Positions 50,965 through 61,934 of a stretch of DNA of 64,000 nucleotides are shown piece after piece; the stretch's first letter is position 1; every line of letters begins with the position of its first letter. The translations under genes were made by a program, and so were the position numbers. The notes beneath the pieces were generated by a model. It had not been told where the DNA came from, did not search any database, and saw only the letters and a program-made list of their open reading frames with translations. The DNA comes from Sphagnum compactum. Its lineage: Eukaryota. The stretch spans positions 32,416,213 through 32,480,212 of the forward strand of contig OZ234493.1 of the NCBI GenBank assembly GCA_965153455.1, in the 5' to 3' direction.

Positions 50965-52789
50965 GTTTATTTTCATCTTAACATCCTTAAACAACCTTGC
51001 TTCAATCCTATTCTTAAATAGGATTTATTTTTAATCACTATATTGTTTGATCTACACCATTGTTGGAACATTAATCTTGATTAGTTAGCAACTTTGAAAC
51101 TTCTTTTGAAACTTTTTCGTGCTAAGAACTCTTAAGACTCAAACAAAGAATAATCATAAATCAAGTTTTGATATGTGTGTTGAATATTACAACAATCAAA
51201 CATGTTTATTTCCAAGTTTGAGCAATTGACATCTAATGTTTCCAAAGATGAAATAACGCTCATGAATAAATCACAAGGTTCAAATTTTTTTAATTGTTCC
51301 AAAATCTTGTCACAATAATAATCTTGTTTTTTAAATTTTACTAGTTTTTTTCAATCATGTAAAGACATATTTATAAATGATTATAATAGATTCTACAATT
51401 GTAATGATCTAAAATGTGATATTTATAAAATATTTGAACTTTTTTGACTCATTAGTTTTGATGGGATTAAAATATTTTTAAAAAATTGCAGTATGGACTA
51501 TGTGCTTTTATTATACCTTAAAAGATTTACAACTCAGAAACAGGGGTGCTCTCAAAAATATGTTTTCAATTTATATACATGAGAGTTGAACTTTGGGCAA
51601 ACCATATGGGATAGAACTCAGGTGTTATCAGGAATGTCTTTGGGGAACAACTTGGGAACTTATGGAATCCTTTGGGAACCTGGTGGGAACATGAAGCCAA
51701 ATTCAGCTGCATTTGCAATTGGGTGCTTGTAAAGTGACGTAGAGATGCAGCACACACACTAAGGATAGAAATGAGCACATTGTGAAGCTGGAGTGGATTT
51801 TGGTTGCAGAACTAGTATGTAGTATGGCTGAGCATCACAACAACATAAGTGTGTACCCACAGATTTTAGTGAAAAGACTTGGGATCGGTCATTTTGAGAA
51901 CCAGAAAGTATGTGTGGACATGTTCAGCAACAGACAAGGCAACACTAAGTGAATGCACTGAGCTTGTGTCAACAACCTTCCTTCCGAATCTCAAACACTG
52001 GGTTATGGTCTTCTTCAAGGCACTTGTCACTCTTTTCTTTCAAAAAGAAGCAAAGATTGGAGCAAAGTTTTGATCCATGGGTGGAAGCTTCAGAGGATTA
52101 TAATATCTGAATGCACACACAAACTTTAAGAAAATTGAAGCCAGCATGAGATCATATGCATTTCAGGGGACAAAAAACTCAAACATATTTATGTATCAGA
52201 GATGCACGATATTATGCTTTACTCTTATTGTCAGGTGTAATATTTTGAGACAAACCAAACTCAAAGCAAACTTCCATGTGAATTCAAAAAAGGAATAAAA
52301 GAATGCCTGAAATCAATGAGCTCAATATTTTTTTTCCACAAGTCTCAGAAATTACTTCAATAAAGCCTGCAAAGAACTCAAATAAACAGCCATCACAATA
52401 AAAGACAAAACTATGCAAAATCCTTCTGAGCTGATGGGTTTGTCAAGCAAAGTTCTGAAAAAAAAACCCCATGTCTGAGTCTTGAACAGTTTCTATGCAA
52501 TGGGCGATCCAACAACAGCTATGTTCACATTCTTCTTATGCCGATAGCCTGAAAGCAGCAGCTTCACAGAAAAGGATCACATTCGCATTGCAATTTGAGG
52601 GATGAAACAATTTGGCAACAAAATAACAAGCAGCAAATTCAAATGTGTTTCCTCTGGGCAAAAATGGTCTCTATTTGCAGCAAAACACAACTCAAGGAGG
52701 AACAACAGTATTTTTACAGGGGAGAGACTCTTATAGATGGTGGCAGATTTTGGTAGTGGTTACCTCAAGAAGCAACAAAGATGGTCAAT

Positions 52790-53310
52790 GAAGGAACCAA
52801 AGATTGTTTGAATCTGGGAATTGTGGAACAGAAACTGGCCTGCTGAAGAAATCAAGATGAAGCAAGGAAGATTGTGGCAATCTGTGAGTTGTGAAACAGA
52901 AACTGGCCTGCTGAAAGGAGCCAAGATAGTTAAAGGAAAGCTTGTTGCAATCTGTGAGTTGTGGAATAGAAACTGGCCTGCTGAAGAAACCAAGATGGTT
53001 GGAGGAAGTTTGTTGCAATCTGTGAGTTGGAACTGAAACTGGCCTGCTGAAAAAACCAGGATCTTGAAGGAAGATTGAACATTGCAATCTGCGAGTCGTG
53101 GAACAGAAACTGGCCTGCTGAAGAAAACCAAGATGGTTGAAGGACTTCAGATTGTTGCAACCTGTGAGTTGTGGAACAGAAACCCTTTCTGGCATCGGCC
53201 TGCTGAAGAAAACCAAGATTGCCACACTCTCCAGATGGTTGAAGGACTTCAGAGATTGTTGCAATGGGTGGGTTGTGGAACAGAAACTGGCCTGCGGAAG
53301 AAATCAAGGG
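52790..53310. repeat. Seven-copy ~68-bp repeat array starting at the MAKR-like stop codon
   Basis: Core TGTGGAACAGAAACTGGCCTGCTGAAGAAA(C/T)CAAGAT at ~52822, 52890, 52960, 53025, 53098, 53170 (with an insertion) and 53274. Confidence 0.9.
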
Positions 53311-55184
53311 GCCAACAAATTGTTTCTTAGAACTAAGGAACTTCGAGTTGTAGTTGCATGAGCAGAAGAAGAAGCATGGGACTGTTTACAGTGCGCTATT
53401 GCGCCTTGCAGAGAGCTTTGTAGGTCCGATATCGTGCTGTGACTGATTTGCCGTAGAAGACCACAGTTATTACTACTGTCACTCGCATTGGATCTTCTAG
53501 GAGCCACCCATCCAATAGCAGCCATTCTTGTTGTTGACGTTTGCGACATCGAGGGAAAGATCAGACTCCCGGACAAGGATTTCCGCCTCGGCGCCACCGC
53601 CGATTTCTTCTCTGCTGCTGGCTTCACGAAAGATAATCTGCCTGATTTTCTTGAAGAAGAAATAGCGCCGGGAGCCTCCAGCGACGACGACGACGTACGA
53701 GGAGGAGCATTGTCCATCGTCTTCACAGACAGTGGCTTCAGCATCTTGATGTACTTCGTCCAACGATCTCTGGACTTCGAGAATCTCTCTTCTCGGCCAT
53801 CTCCTGCAGCTCTGCACAATTCCTTTTCCGCTGTTTCAGAAGAGTCAGCCATGGATTTTGAATGACGAAACTCTGGAGCTTCTTCGACGTTGCAGGCTTC
53901 TCTTCTTTCTTCCTCATCAGCGCTACTGCCTGGTTTGTGTTCTGCTGCTGTGGCAAAGGGGACAAAACCTGCCTGGCCGCTCTCTCTGCTCCAAGCTTGT
54001 TGCTCTCTGTTTCTTTGTCTTCTCGGTGATAGCGGGAGTGGTGCATTGAAATGTTGAGGAGATGGCGGACATGCAGAAGAAGAGTAGGATTCTGAAAACC
54101 GATTGCGCTGCTGCTGCGTCGTCGTCGTCTGTTGTGCATGTGGTGGTTTTTCCGGATGACTTGGTTTCTTCCCATCTTGTTTGACTCCAAACAAGACTTT
54201 CCACTTGAACGGAGGTCTGATCCATGAAGGGACAGTAGACTTCTCCGGCTGCTTGCTGTGAGTGCTGAAAACTTCTCGATCGTGCAGAAATGGCGGTTGC
54301 TCCTTGAAGAAGGAGCTTTTCAGCGCCGGGGACTTGCTGCTGTCGCTGCTTGTTGTCGTCGAGGTGGTATCCAACTCGTTGCTGGTCCCAAAGCACGCAT
54401 CCTGTGAACTGCCACTCGAGTCCCGCGAGCTGTTATCGGCGGCAGATTCCCACATGCTGCTGCTGCTGCCGCTGTTTTGTGATCGAAAACTTGAGCTCCG
54501 GTAGTCGGCAGCAGCAGCGGCGGCGGCTTCAACAACGGGAGCAACTTCTGTTGTGGAGTTGAGTCCGAACTTTGAGTTGTACCCTGGCTGGAACAAACGA
54601 GAAAAACCGCCGGCGGGACTTCTGTTGCTGCTCGGTGGTTCAGGAACCATCATCATCCCTTGAATAACAGCAGCAGCAGAAGAAGAAGAAGGGACGATCT
54701 CCTCCTCATCATCGTCATCATCATCAGCTTCTTTCTCTTGTTGGTTCTCGAACGACAGTTTCTCAACCATCTGCAGACGAGGCCGGAGATGGAGTGGGAG
54801 CAGCTGTCCTTTGTAAAAGAGCTCATCCGCAGGTGAAATGCCATCTTCATCGCCACCTTCTGCTGCTGCTTCAGGAGCAGCTCCCATGTCGAACTCGAAT
54901 TCACGAGAGCTTGACGAATGCCTGCAGCTGTTGTTGATCAATGACTCCCAGTGCAACGCCAAAGTGACATCCATGCCTAAACATAACTGCTCCCTTTGTA
55001 CGTGCTGCTGCTGCTGCTGCTGCTGCTGTTGCAACCTTCTTCTACAGCCTCTCTGCGATGATCTCATGACTACGTCGTACTCATTCCCATCCCAGTCATC
55101 TATGGCCATCATTTCTTCTGCAGATGCTGCTGCTAAAGGCTGCTGCAGATCAACTCTACTTTGCCCTTCTAGATGATGCACCAT
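53304..55184 (-). CDS. BKI1/membrane-associated kinase regulator (MAKR)-like protein, single exon, up to 626 aa
   Basis: Long uninterrupted ORF with the MAKR-family N-terminal motif EFEF..SPADELFYKGQLLPLHL..RLQMV, a Ser-rich SRDSSGSSQD segment, a KYIKMLKPL motif and the C-terminal LQSSLQGAIAHCKQS. The true start could be a downstream Met. Confidence 0.85.
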   Translation of the reverse strand: MVHHLEGQSRVDLQQPLAAASAEEMMAIDDWDGNEYDVVMRSSQRGCRRRLQQQQQQQQQHVQREQLCLGMDVTLALHWESLINNSCRHSSSSREFEFDMGAAPEAAAEGGDEDGISPADELFYKGQLLPLHLRPRLQMVEKLSFENQQEKEADDDDDDEEEIVPSSSSAAAVIQGMMMVPEPPSSNRSPAGGFSRLFQPGYNSKFGLNSTTEVAPVVEAAAAAAADYRSSSFRSQNSGSSSSMWESAADNSSRDSSGSSQDACFGTSNELDTTSTTTSSDSSKSPALKSSFFKEQPPFLHDREVFSTHSKQPEKSTVPSWIRPPFKWKVLFGVKQDGKKPSHPEKPPHAQQTTTTQQQRNRFSESYSSSACPPSPQHFNAPLPLSPRRQRNREQQAWSRESGQAGFVPFATAAEHKPGSSADEEERREACNVEEAPEFRHSKSMADSSETAEKELCRAAGDGREERFSKSRDRWTKYIKMLKPLSVKTMDNAPPRTSSSSLEAPGAISSSRKSGRLSFVKPAAEKKSAVAPRRKSLSGSLIFPSMSQTSTTRMAAIGWVAPRRSNASDSSNNCGLLRQISHSTISDLQSSLQGAIAHCKQSHASSSAHATTTRSSLVLRNNLLAP

Positions 55185-55633
55185 TCCCTCCTCTGTATTC
55201 CACCATTGCCCTCTTCATCGCATGATGATCCACAGACCTTATCTATCGCTCGCTCCTCCGCGAACTGTCAAATTTACGATAGATTCTGCACCAGGCCAGA
55301 AAATGGAGGACCGAGACAAAGTGGACAACGAGACTAGGGGCATTGAAGGCAGGAGCTAGAGAGAAGAAAAAAAAACAGGAGATCAAAAGCAAAACACATC
55401 TGACTGCAGCTTCAGTGCAGCAGCAGGCCTTGGAGCAAGAGACGACAGGCCCAAAAAAAAGAAAGAAAGTAGTTTCTCCTTTCAAAGCAACAAGAGGAGG
55501 AAGAAGAAGAAACTCACGTCATGATACTTACTCCATCGAAGGACATCGCGGCATCAAAAGAAGAACATGATCTCATCAGAATTCCTGCAACAACAGACAA
55601 AGCAGCAATGGAACTCTCTTTCTTGCTTTCTTT

Positions 55634-55664
<31 letters not shown>

Positions 55665-55857
55665 TTTCTTTCTTCGTCGAGACCGCGTCTTGAGAGCAAT
55701 TCGGGTACAAACAATCGCAGCCGACGAAAAATCTGTGGCGAGAAAAGACGAGAAACTCGGGGGAGATGCGCTCGGGACGCAAAACCAAGCAAAGCGGAAA
55801 AAAGGACAAGGTACGTAACTGGGCGAGCAACAGGGACGGCGCTGGGTTTACATACAA

Positions 55858-56450
55858 CCGGACATAACCGACCGGAATGAGAATTGAGATGCCCTCTTCT
55901 TTTCATCCATGAACAGAACAGCTTTTACATTTTCATCCAATAGCCGAAGGGTCGCCCAATCATCATTGGGCCAAATGAGAGCCCAGGGTGGTACCTCTTA
56001 ACGTGCTAAGTCCTAACCTTAGGTAGGTGTCGCCAATAACATTTTCATCCAAGAAGTAAAAGGTTATGGCACCTTTGGGCCAATGGTAGCTGAGGGTGGT
56101 ACCTTCGTGTGCTAACAAGGTAGGTTGCTAATGAAACTAAGGTAGAAGGTTATGGCTTTTAACTCATGACTTGATAGCCAATCACAGCATCGAGTTTCTC
56201 ATTAGGGATGCTTATGGACTAGGTAACAAACAAACAGATGAGAGGGTTTTGTATATTGGACATAACACACCGTAATGAGATGCCGTCGTCTTTTCATCCA
56301 TCCATGAAGAGAACGACTATGACATTTTCATTCACCAAGCAAAAGGTTACATAATCATTCGCATCAATGAGAGCCAAGGGTGGTGGTATTGTGTGCTTAA
56401 CTAACTAGGTAGGTTGCTAATGAAACTAAGGTCCAAAGTTTATGACCTCT
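55858..56450. repeat. Triplicated ~110-bp module upstream of the MAKR-like gene
   Basis: ACATTTTCAT(C/T)CA..AGG(G/T)T..CAA(A)TG..AGGGTGGT..GTGCT..AGGTAGGT at ~55927, ~56038 and ~56321. GGACATAAC..TGAGATGCC..TCTTTTCATCCA also occurs at ~55860 and ~56258. Confidence 0.75.
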
Positions 56451-57904
56451 AATTGGTGACCTAATTGTCAATTGTTGAGATATTGTTGTTAGGGTCAAAG
56501 TGTAAAACTTACTCAACTAAAAAGGAAATGGGGAACAATTTTAGTTGATGAGGAGGAAGGGGCAATTTAGTGTTTTACAAAACAAATTCTAAATGCTCTT
56601 TTATTTAAAGCACTCAAAAGAAATTTCCTCATGTATTGGGAGGGCACTTTGGGCACTAAGTTTATATCTAGAAATATCGAATCTTACGCATGCAAGTAGG
56701 TATAAGATCCCTCGCATTCTTAAGAAAGTAAGTGTAAGAACTAAACCCTTCTTCGCCTTCTTCTAGAATCTGAACTATATGTGATCATCACATATGTTTA
56801 GCTTTACAACTATATCCCTATTATTTTATAGAGGGATTTTACACTTATAAATCAAGCATAAGATTAAGGCTCTTAAAGAGTAGGTGTAAGAACCCTTCTT
56901 CCTGAATCCTACACCTATATGCTCTACATATGGTTAGGCTCAAGATTGTGTTTGCCATTCACCACTCTAAGATGGGTAAAGCCATAGGGTGTAGGACATT
57001 CCCAAAATTGTGGGGCCGGGACTGGACTACCACCTTGTCCTAGGCCTTTTATTGGAGAATGGCCCTACCCTAGGGCTTTTACCTTACACTTAGACTCACC
57101 AAACTTTATATTGGGTGCAATGAATTTTTTTTCTGGTGAAAATTTGCCATTTTTCAATAAAGAGATTGGGTTTTTTGAAGGGTATCAAACGGGTATCACA
57201 AGATAATTTTTATTTTTATTTTTTAAAAAAGTGAAATTGTCACTGTGACTAGCATTTCGCTTTTCAAAATGCACATTCCCCCCCCCCCTCCCCCAAAACC
57301 CGCACCCTTTGTGCATGAAAAATTCCTCTGGATAACGTGCAGTCCATATACGCTAGAAAATGTGTCTGCAGGTGGTGCTTTCCATCTTATTTTAATAGCT
57401 AAGTGCCAAATGACTACGAGCAAAGGTTCATAGGAGAAATCAAAATTCAACTACCATGGCGAATAGGAGATCAATCATCCGAAGTGAGGATGAAAGGTGA
57501 TCACGAATAGCACACCATAGAAGTGGAGATGGGATTCTAGAAGGGCCCAATATGGGTCATCTCAAGGGATGAAAAATCACATGCAGCCAACCCCACCACT
57601 TGCATTTCTTTGGTAGCAGCATCATCCCAACTCCTTGCCAAGTAAACAAGAAGGGTTTCTTTTTCCTTTCTTTGCATTTAATTTGCCTTAGGTTTAGGGT
57701 TTCATAACCCTTAGGCAAATTAAAACGCAAAGAAATTGTAGAATTTTTGTAGCGTATGTGGAGGGTTGTGACACACTTGTTGAAATATATGCCTCAATAG
57801 AGGATAGTACCTTAAACATCATGAGGAACCTTATGCAAAAGGGACCTCCTCTCCTTCTAAAATGAATCATAATTGTTTACCATATCTTTATGCCAAGTAA
57901 GGAC

Positions 57905-60900
57905 CATTGTTGGGTAGTTCTCACTGGGTGACTTGGTTCCCAGACCGGTGTTCACATTGAGAATCAACTATTTTCATTTTGGGTGAAAATCAAGCTGAAA
58001 ATCGGTTTTAAGGTTTTCACCAATGTGAAAACCAACTAGGAGAATCGAAATCGGAACTGAAATCTTTTTATAAAAAAAGAGAGAATTGGGAGGAAAAATG
58101 GGTAGGTTGGAATTAGCTTTAGGGTTAGAAGTTTTAAGGTTTAGGGTGTCGGCTCCACCAAGGGAGACCACAAAAGAGGGGGATATACAACCCAGGAGCC
58201 TTGTTAACTTGTGTTTTTTTTTTCCTTTTGATTTGCATTTGCTCCTCACCTTGTTTTTGCTACTGTTTGCTCCTTGCCTTGTGTTGTTCATTGCCTTGTG
58301 TTCTTGCTACTTGCTATGGTTTGTTGCCTTGTGTTGCTCCTACTTGTTGTGGTCCGTCACCTTGCATTATTATTGTTCGTTGTGGTCCATTGCCTTGTGT
58401 TACTACTACTTATTGTGGTTCGTCGTTTTGCACTATTACTTCTTGTTATGGTTTGTTGTCTTGTGCTGATGTTACTTGTTATGGTTCGTCATTTTGCATT
58501 GTTGCTACTTGCTATGATCCATGGCCTTGCGCTACTGTTGTTTGTTGTGGTTCATTTTCCTCGCCTTTCATCGTTATTACTTGTTATGGTGCATTATTCT
58601 CACCTTGCACAGTTGTTGCTCGTTGTGGTTTGTCATTCTTCACCTTGCATTGTTGTTTTGTCATTCCACACCATTTCTAAGTACTCACTTCACCTTCCTT
58701 TGTGTTGTTTTTGCTTATTGTGGTTTGTCATCACCTACTTTACATTGCTGATATTTGCTTGTTGAGGTGATATATTTGCCCCGTCTTGCCATGTGCAAAT
58801 TCTAAAGCTTGGAGTGTGAGGTGTCATCTTAGGAAAATAATGTAGGTTTTTTTACTCAAAAGTTTTGTTGTTTTGTTTTGTTTTTTGCATTTTTTTCTTT
58901 GTTGATGTTTTTGGTTTTGTTTAACTTAATTATTTTGTTTCAACTTTTTATTTTTTGTTTTTAATTGTTTGGTTGCAAGATTTTTTTTTCTTAAACTCAA
59001 CTTTGACATTCTAACTTGCATTCTAATTTTACCTTGCATTTCATTTTTGTAAATGCCCTTTGTAAATGCTCTTGTAAATTGTAAATGCATTTGTAAATTT
59101 GTTTATTGGTAGCCTAAAGGTTTGCATATTATTGTTTAGTGTTTTTTGCCACTCGTTTAGCAAAATTTCATCTTGCAATTAATAATGGAATAATCATCCC
59201 AAAAGGAAAACATAATGAATAATAATGATGAAATATATTTAAATGATGTCATAATGGAAGAAGAGAAAATGGAAAAAAAGTTTGAAATTTAACCAAGTTT
59301 GCAAACAGAAAAAAATATTAATGCAAATGAAGGGAAAAATAATTCAGGAAAACTTTCAAAATTTGCATCTTCAAAGAAGAAAGTGAAAACATGATAATAG
59401 AAATGCACTATGTTGGTCATTTTATTATGTAAATGACAACAAGCCAATGGATGTAAAATGTTCTCAATTGATGATATGCATTCTTTGTTATGTTAATCTA
59501 TTTTTAGTATCAAATGCCAAAACATAAGCAAGGAAAGGTTTGATATTGTATAATAGTGCAAATGGAATCATTGCCTTAAAAAAACATGTTTATGCAAACC
59601 ATGGTATGATTGCAAAAATATTTGAAAAAATAAACAATCTAATAAAAGAACCTTATGAGAGACAACTTGCAAAGAAAAGACCTCATGTAAATAGAACCAC
59701 CATCTTTAATTTTTTTAGTACTAAAGATTTTTGTAAAAAATATGATGTGCAACAGTTTTGGGAAGATTTAACTCTTTTAATTATTAAAAACCATTTGTCA
59801 ATGCATCTTATTGAAAGCCAATGGTTAAATAGATTTAATTTACATTTGTGTCCAAAGGTTGTTTTGCCTTTTAGGAAAAAGTTTTCAAGAAAAAGTTTGC
59901 CACAATTGGTGGAAAAAACTAAACAATTATATGTCCTACCTTCTTTGGCAGATTGTTATTTGTAACAAGTGTTGATTTGTGGATGTCAAAATGGGCTTAT
60001 GACATTTTTGCCCTTGTAATTAAATTTTTAGGGGTTCATTGGCAACCAAATAGTATTGCAATTGGGCTTTTAAAAACATTTAATACCTCTAGGCATGCAT
60101 TAGCCAAAAACTTAATTAACTTGTTAGGCAAATATGATTTGAAAAAAAATCATCGTTTATGTTAAAGATGAAGCATCTAATTTAAATACTATGACTATAG
60201 CCTTAAAGTCTGTTGTAAGTTGTGATATTTTAGGTTTAGCAAAAAAATTCAAGGTAGTTATTTTTGCCATGCATTCTTTAAGGCCTATTAGTATGTTTTA
60301 GCTAATGTAAAAGTCTGTAAAGGTTTGAAATATGTATCTATCAAAACTGCCCAATTTAACCTACAAAAATGCATAACTTGGACAAAAAAATCAAGTAAAG
60401 GTAGACAAGAATGGAATAGGGCGTGCACAGATTTGAATCAAAGAAAACTAAGCACTCTAGTTAAAGCAAGGTTATCATCAAAATTTTAATATTTCCTTGT
60501 TTATTATGACTTTTGTTAAGACTTGTTACGATGTAGATATTGATCATTTGCTATTTTTTTTGTAGGTTTGTTAGCATAATCATTCTTTTTCAAAAGGCTT
60601 TACAGTTCAAGAATGTTGTAATGTTTTGTTATAGTAGGCAAAGTTTTGTGAGGATGACAACCAAAGTTCCACCCCTTTTGAGATGGCATATTTGTCAACT
60701 TATTATTGATTGTTTTTCCCCTGTTATAATTGCTTGTGTTCTAAACCAATCTAGAGAACATTAGTTGTTAAGTGATGCCTTTCATTATGCCATTTCCATG
60801 AGCTTGAAATTGAAAGAAGAACTAGAAAATGCACCATCTTTTCAAACCCTAATGGAAACAAAATTTGGTGTGGCACTTGAGTTAATTTTTTTGGCTTCTA

Positions 60901-61934
60901 ACATCAAAAAAGAGGTTTGTGGAGTTCTAGATAGTTTTCTTTCTTTCTTGAAGAAATTTGTTGAAAGAAAAACACATAATATGTTAGCTCTAATGTTGGA
61001 CACAAGATTTAAAAGTCTTTGTTTAATGTCTTCTTTCATTGGTCGTGATCAAGGAGTAGCAATTGTTGAGCAATATGATATAATGTCATTATATCCTATG
61101 CTCATGAAATGTTATTATCACTTGCATCCATCGATAAAATTTTGATAATGGTTTTGTTGACCAAAAAATGAATGATGACACTAGTTTGAATATTTTTTAA
61201 ATGACAGCAAGGAGTATTGAGCCATCAAAAGAGCTTGTCAAGGGAGAACTATTGGTTTTTTGACATTATCAATTGAATGTGAAGGAGATCAAGTGTCCAT
61301 TTCAATGGTGAGAGACACATGAAACCATGTTTCCCTCAGTTGGATTTCTTGTTCGTTAGATTTTAGGGATTGTTGGTTCCTAAATAGAGACTAAAAGGAT
61401 CTTTTCCTTGGCTAGAACCCTCATTAATTTGAAAAGATGTCGTTTGTAATAAAAAAACTTAAAGAAATTAATTATTATGAACAAGAATTGGCTCGATGAT
61501 TGCAAAGTTGGTTGTAAATCCCTTTCTAACCTTTTAGAACTTATTGAGATAGATGCAAACCTAGAAAATGAGTTGGAACAATTTGAAAGAGATGAAATTG
61601 TGAATTTTTAAAGTACTGAAAATATATTCAAATTTTGTTATTTGTCAAAAATAATAATGTTAAAAACTAACTTTTCCGAAAAAACATATTGGAATTCTTG
61701 GAATCCGGCTTGTGAAAACCGGTCAAAAAAACCAGTTTTTTTCTGGAATTGATGAGAACCGCCAAGGTTAAGAACCAATTTTTCTTTCCTTGGAAAAAAA
61801 GTTGATAGCTGGGATAGTTTTCGTAAGCCCGTTTTTCTTTTTTAAAGTAAGAATCAAGGAGGCGGTTCTCACACATGGCCTTAAAGAACCAAAATCGGCA
61901 ATTCTCTCAAATTAGTGAGAATCACCCAACACTG
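57905..61934 (+). mobile_element. Full-length but inactivated hAT DNA transposon
   Basis: TIRs CATTGTTGGGTAGTTCTCAC (57905) and reverse-complement CAGTGTTGGGTGATTCTCAC (ending 61934). 8-bp TSD GTAAGGAC / GCAAGGAC. Transposase remnants at ~59400-61560: BED-like W.F..C..C..LKKHV..NH, DLWMSK..DIFALV, LALMLDTRFKSL, and a dimerisation domain (MFPSVGFL..RIFSLA), with many stops and frameshifts. Confidence 0.88.
58255..58750 (+). repeat. ~33-bp TG-rich minisatellite within the hAT element
   Basis: Repeating TTGCTACTTG(C/T)TATGGTT(T/C)GT(T/C)GCCTTGTG-like units. These generate spurious Cys/Leu/Val-rich ORFs in all three plus-strand frames. Confidence 0.8.

Noticed and set aside
58086..58765. Cys-rich and hydrophobic ORFs resembling metallothionein or membrane proteins
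   Set aside because: By-products of a TG-rich 33-bp minisatellite inside a hAT element; open in all three frames.
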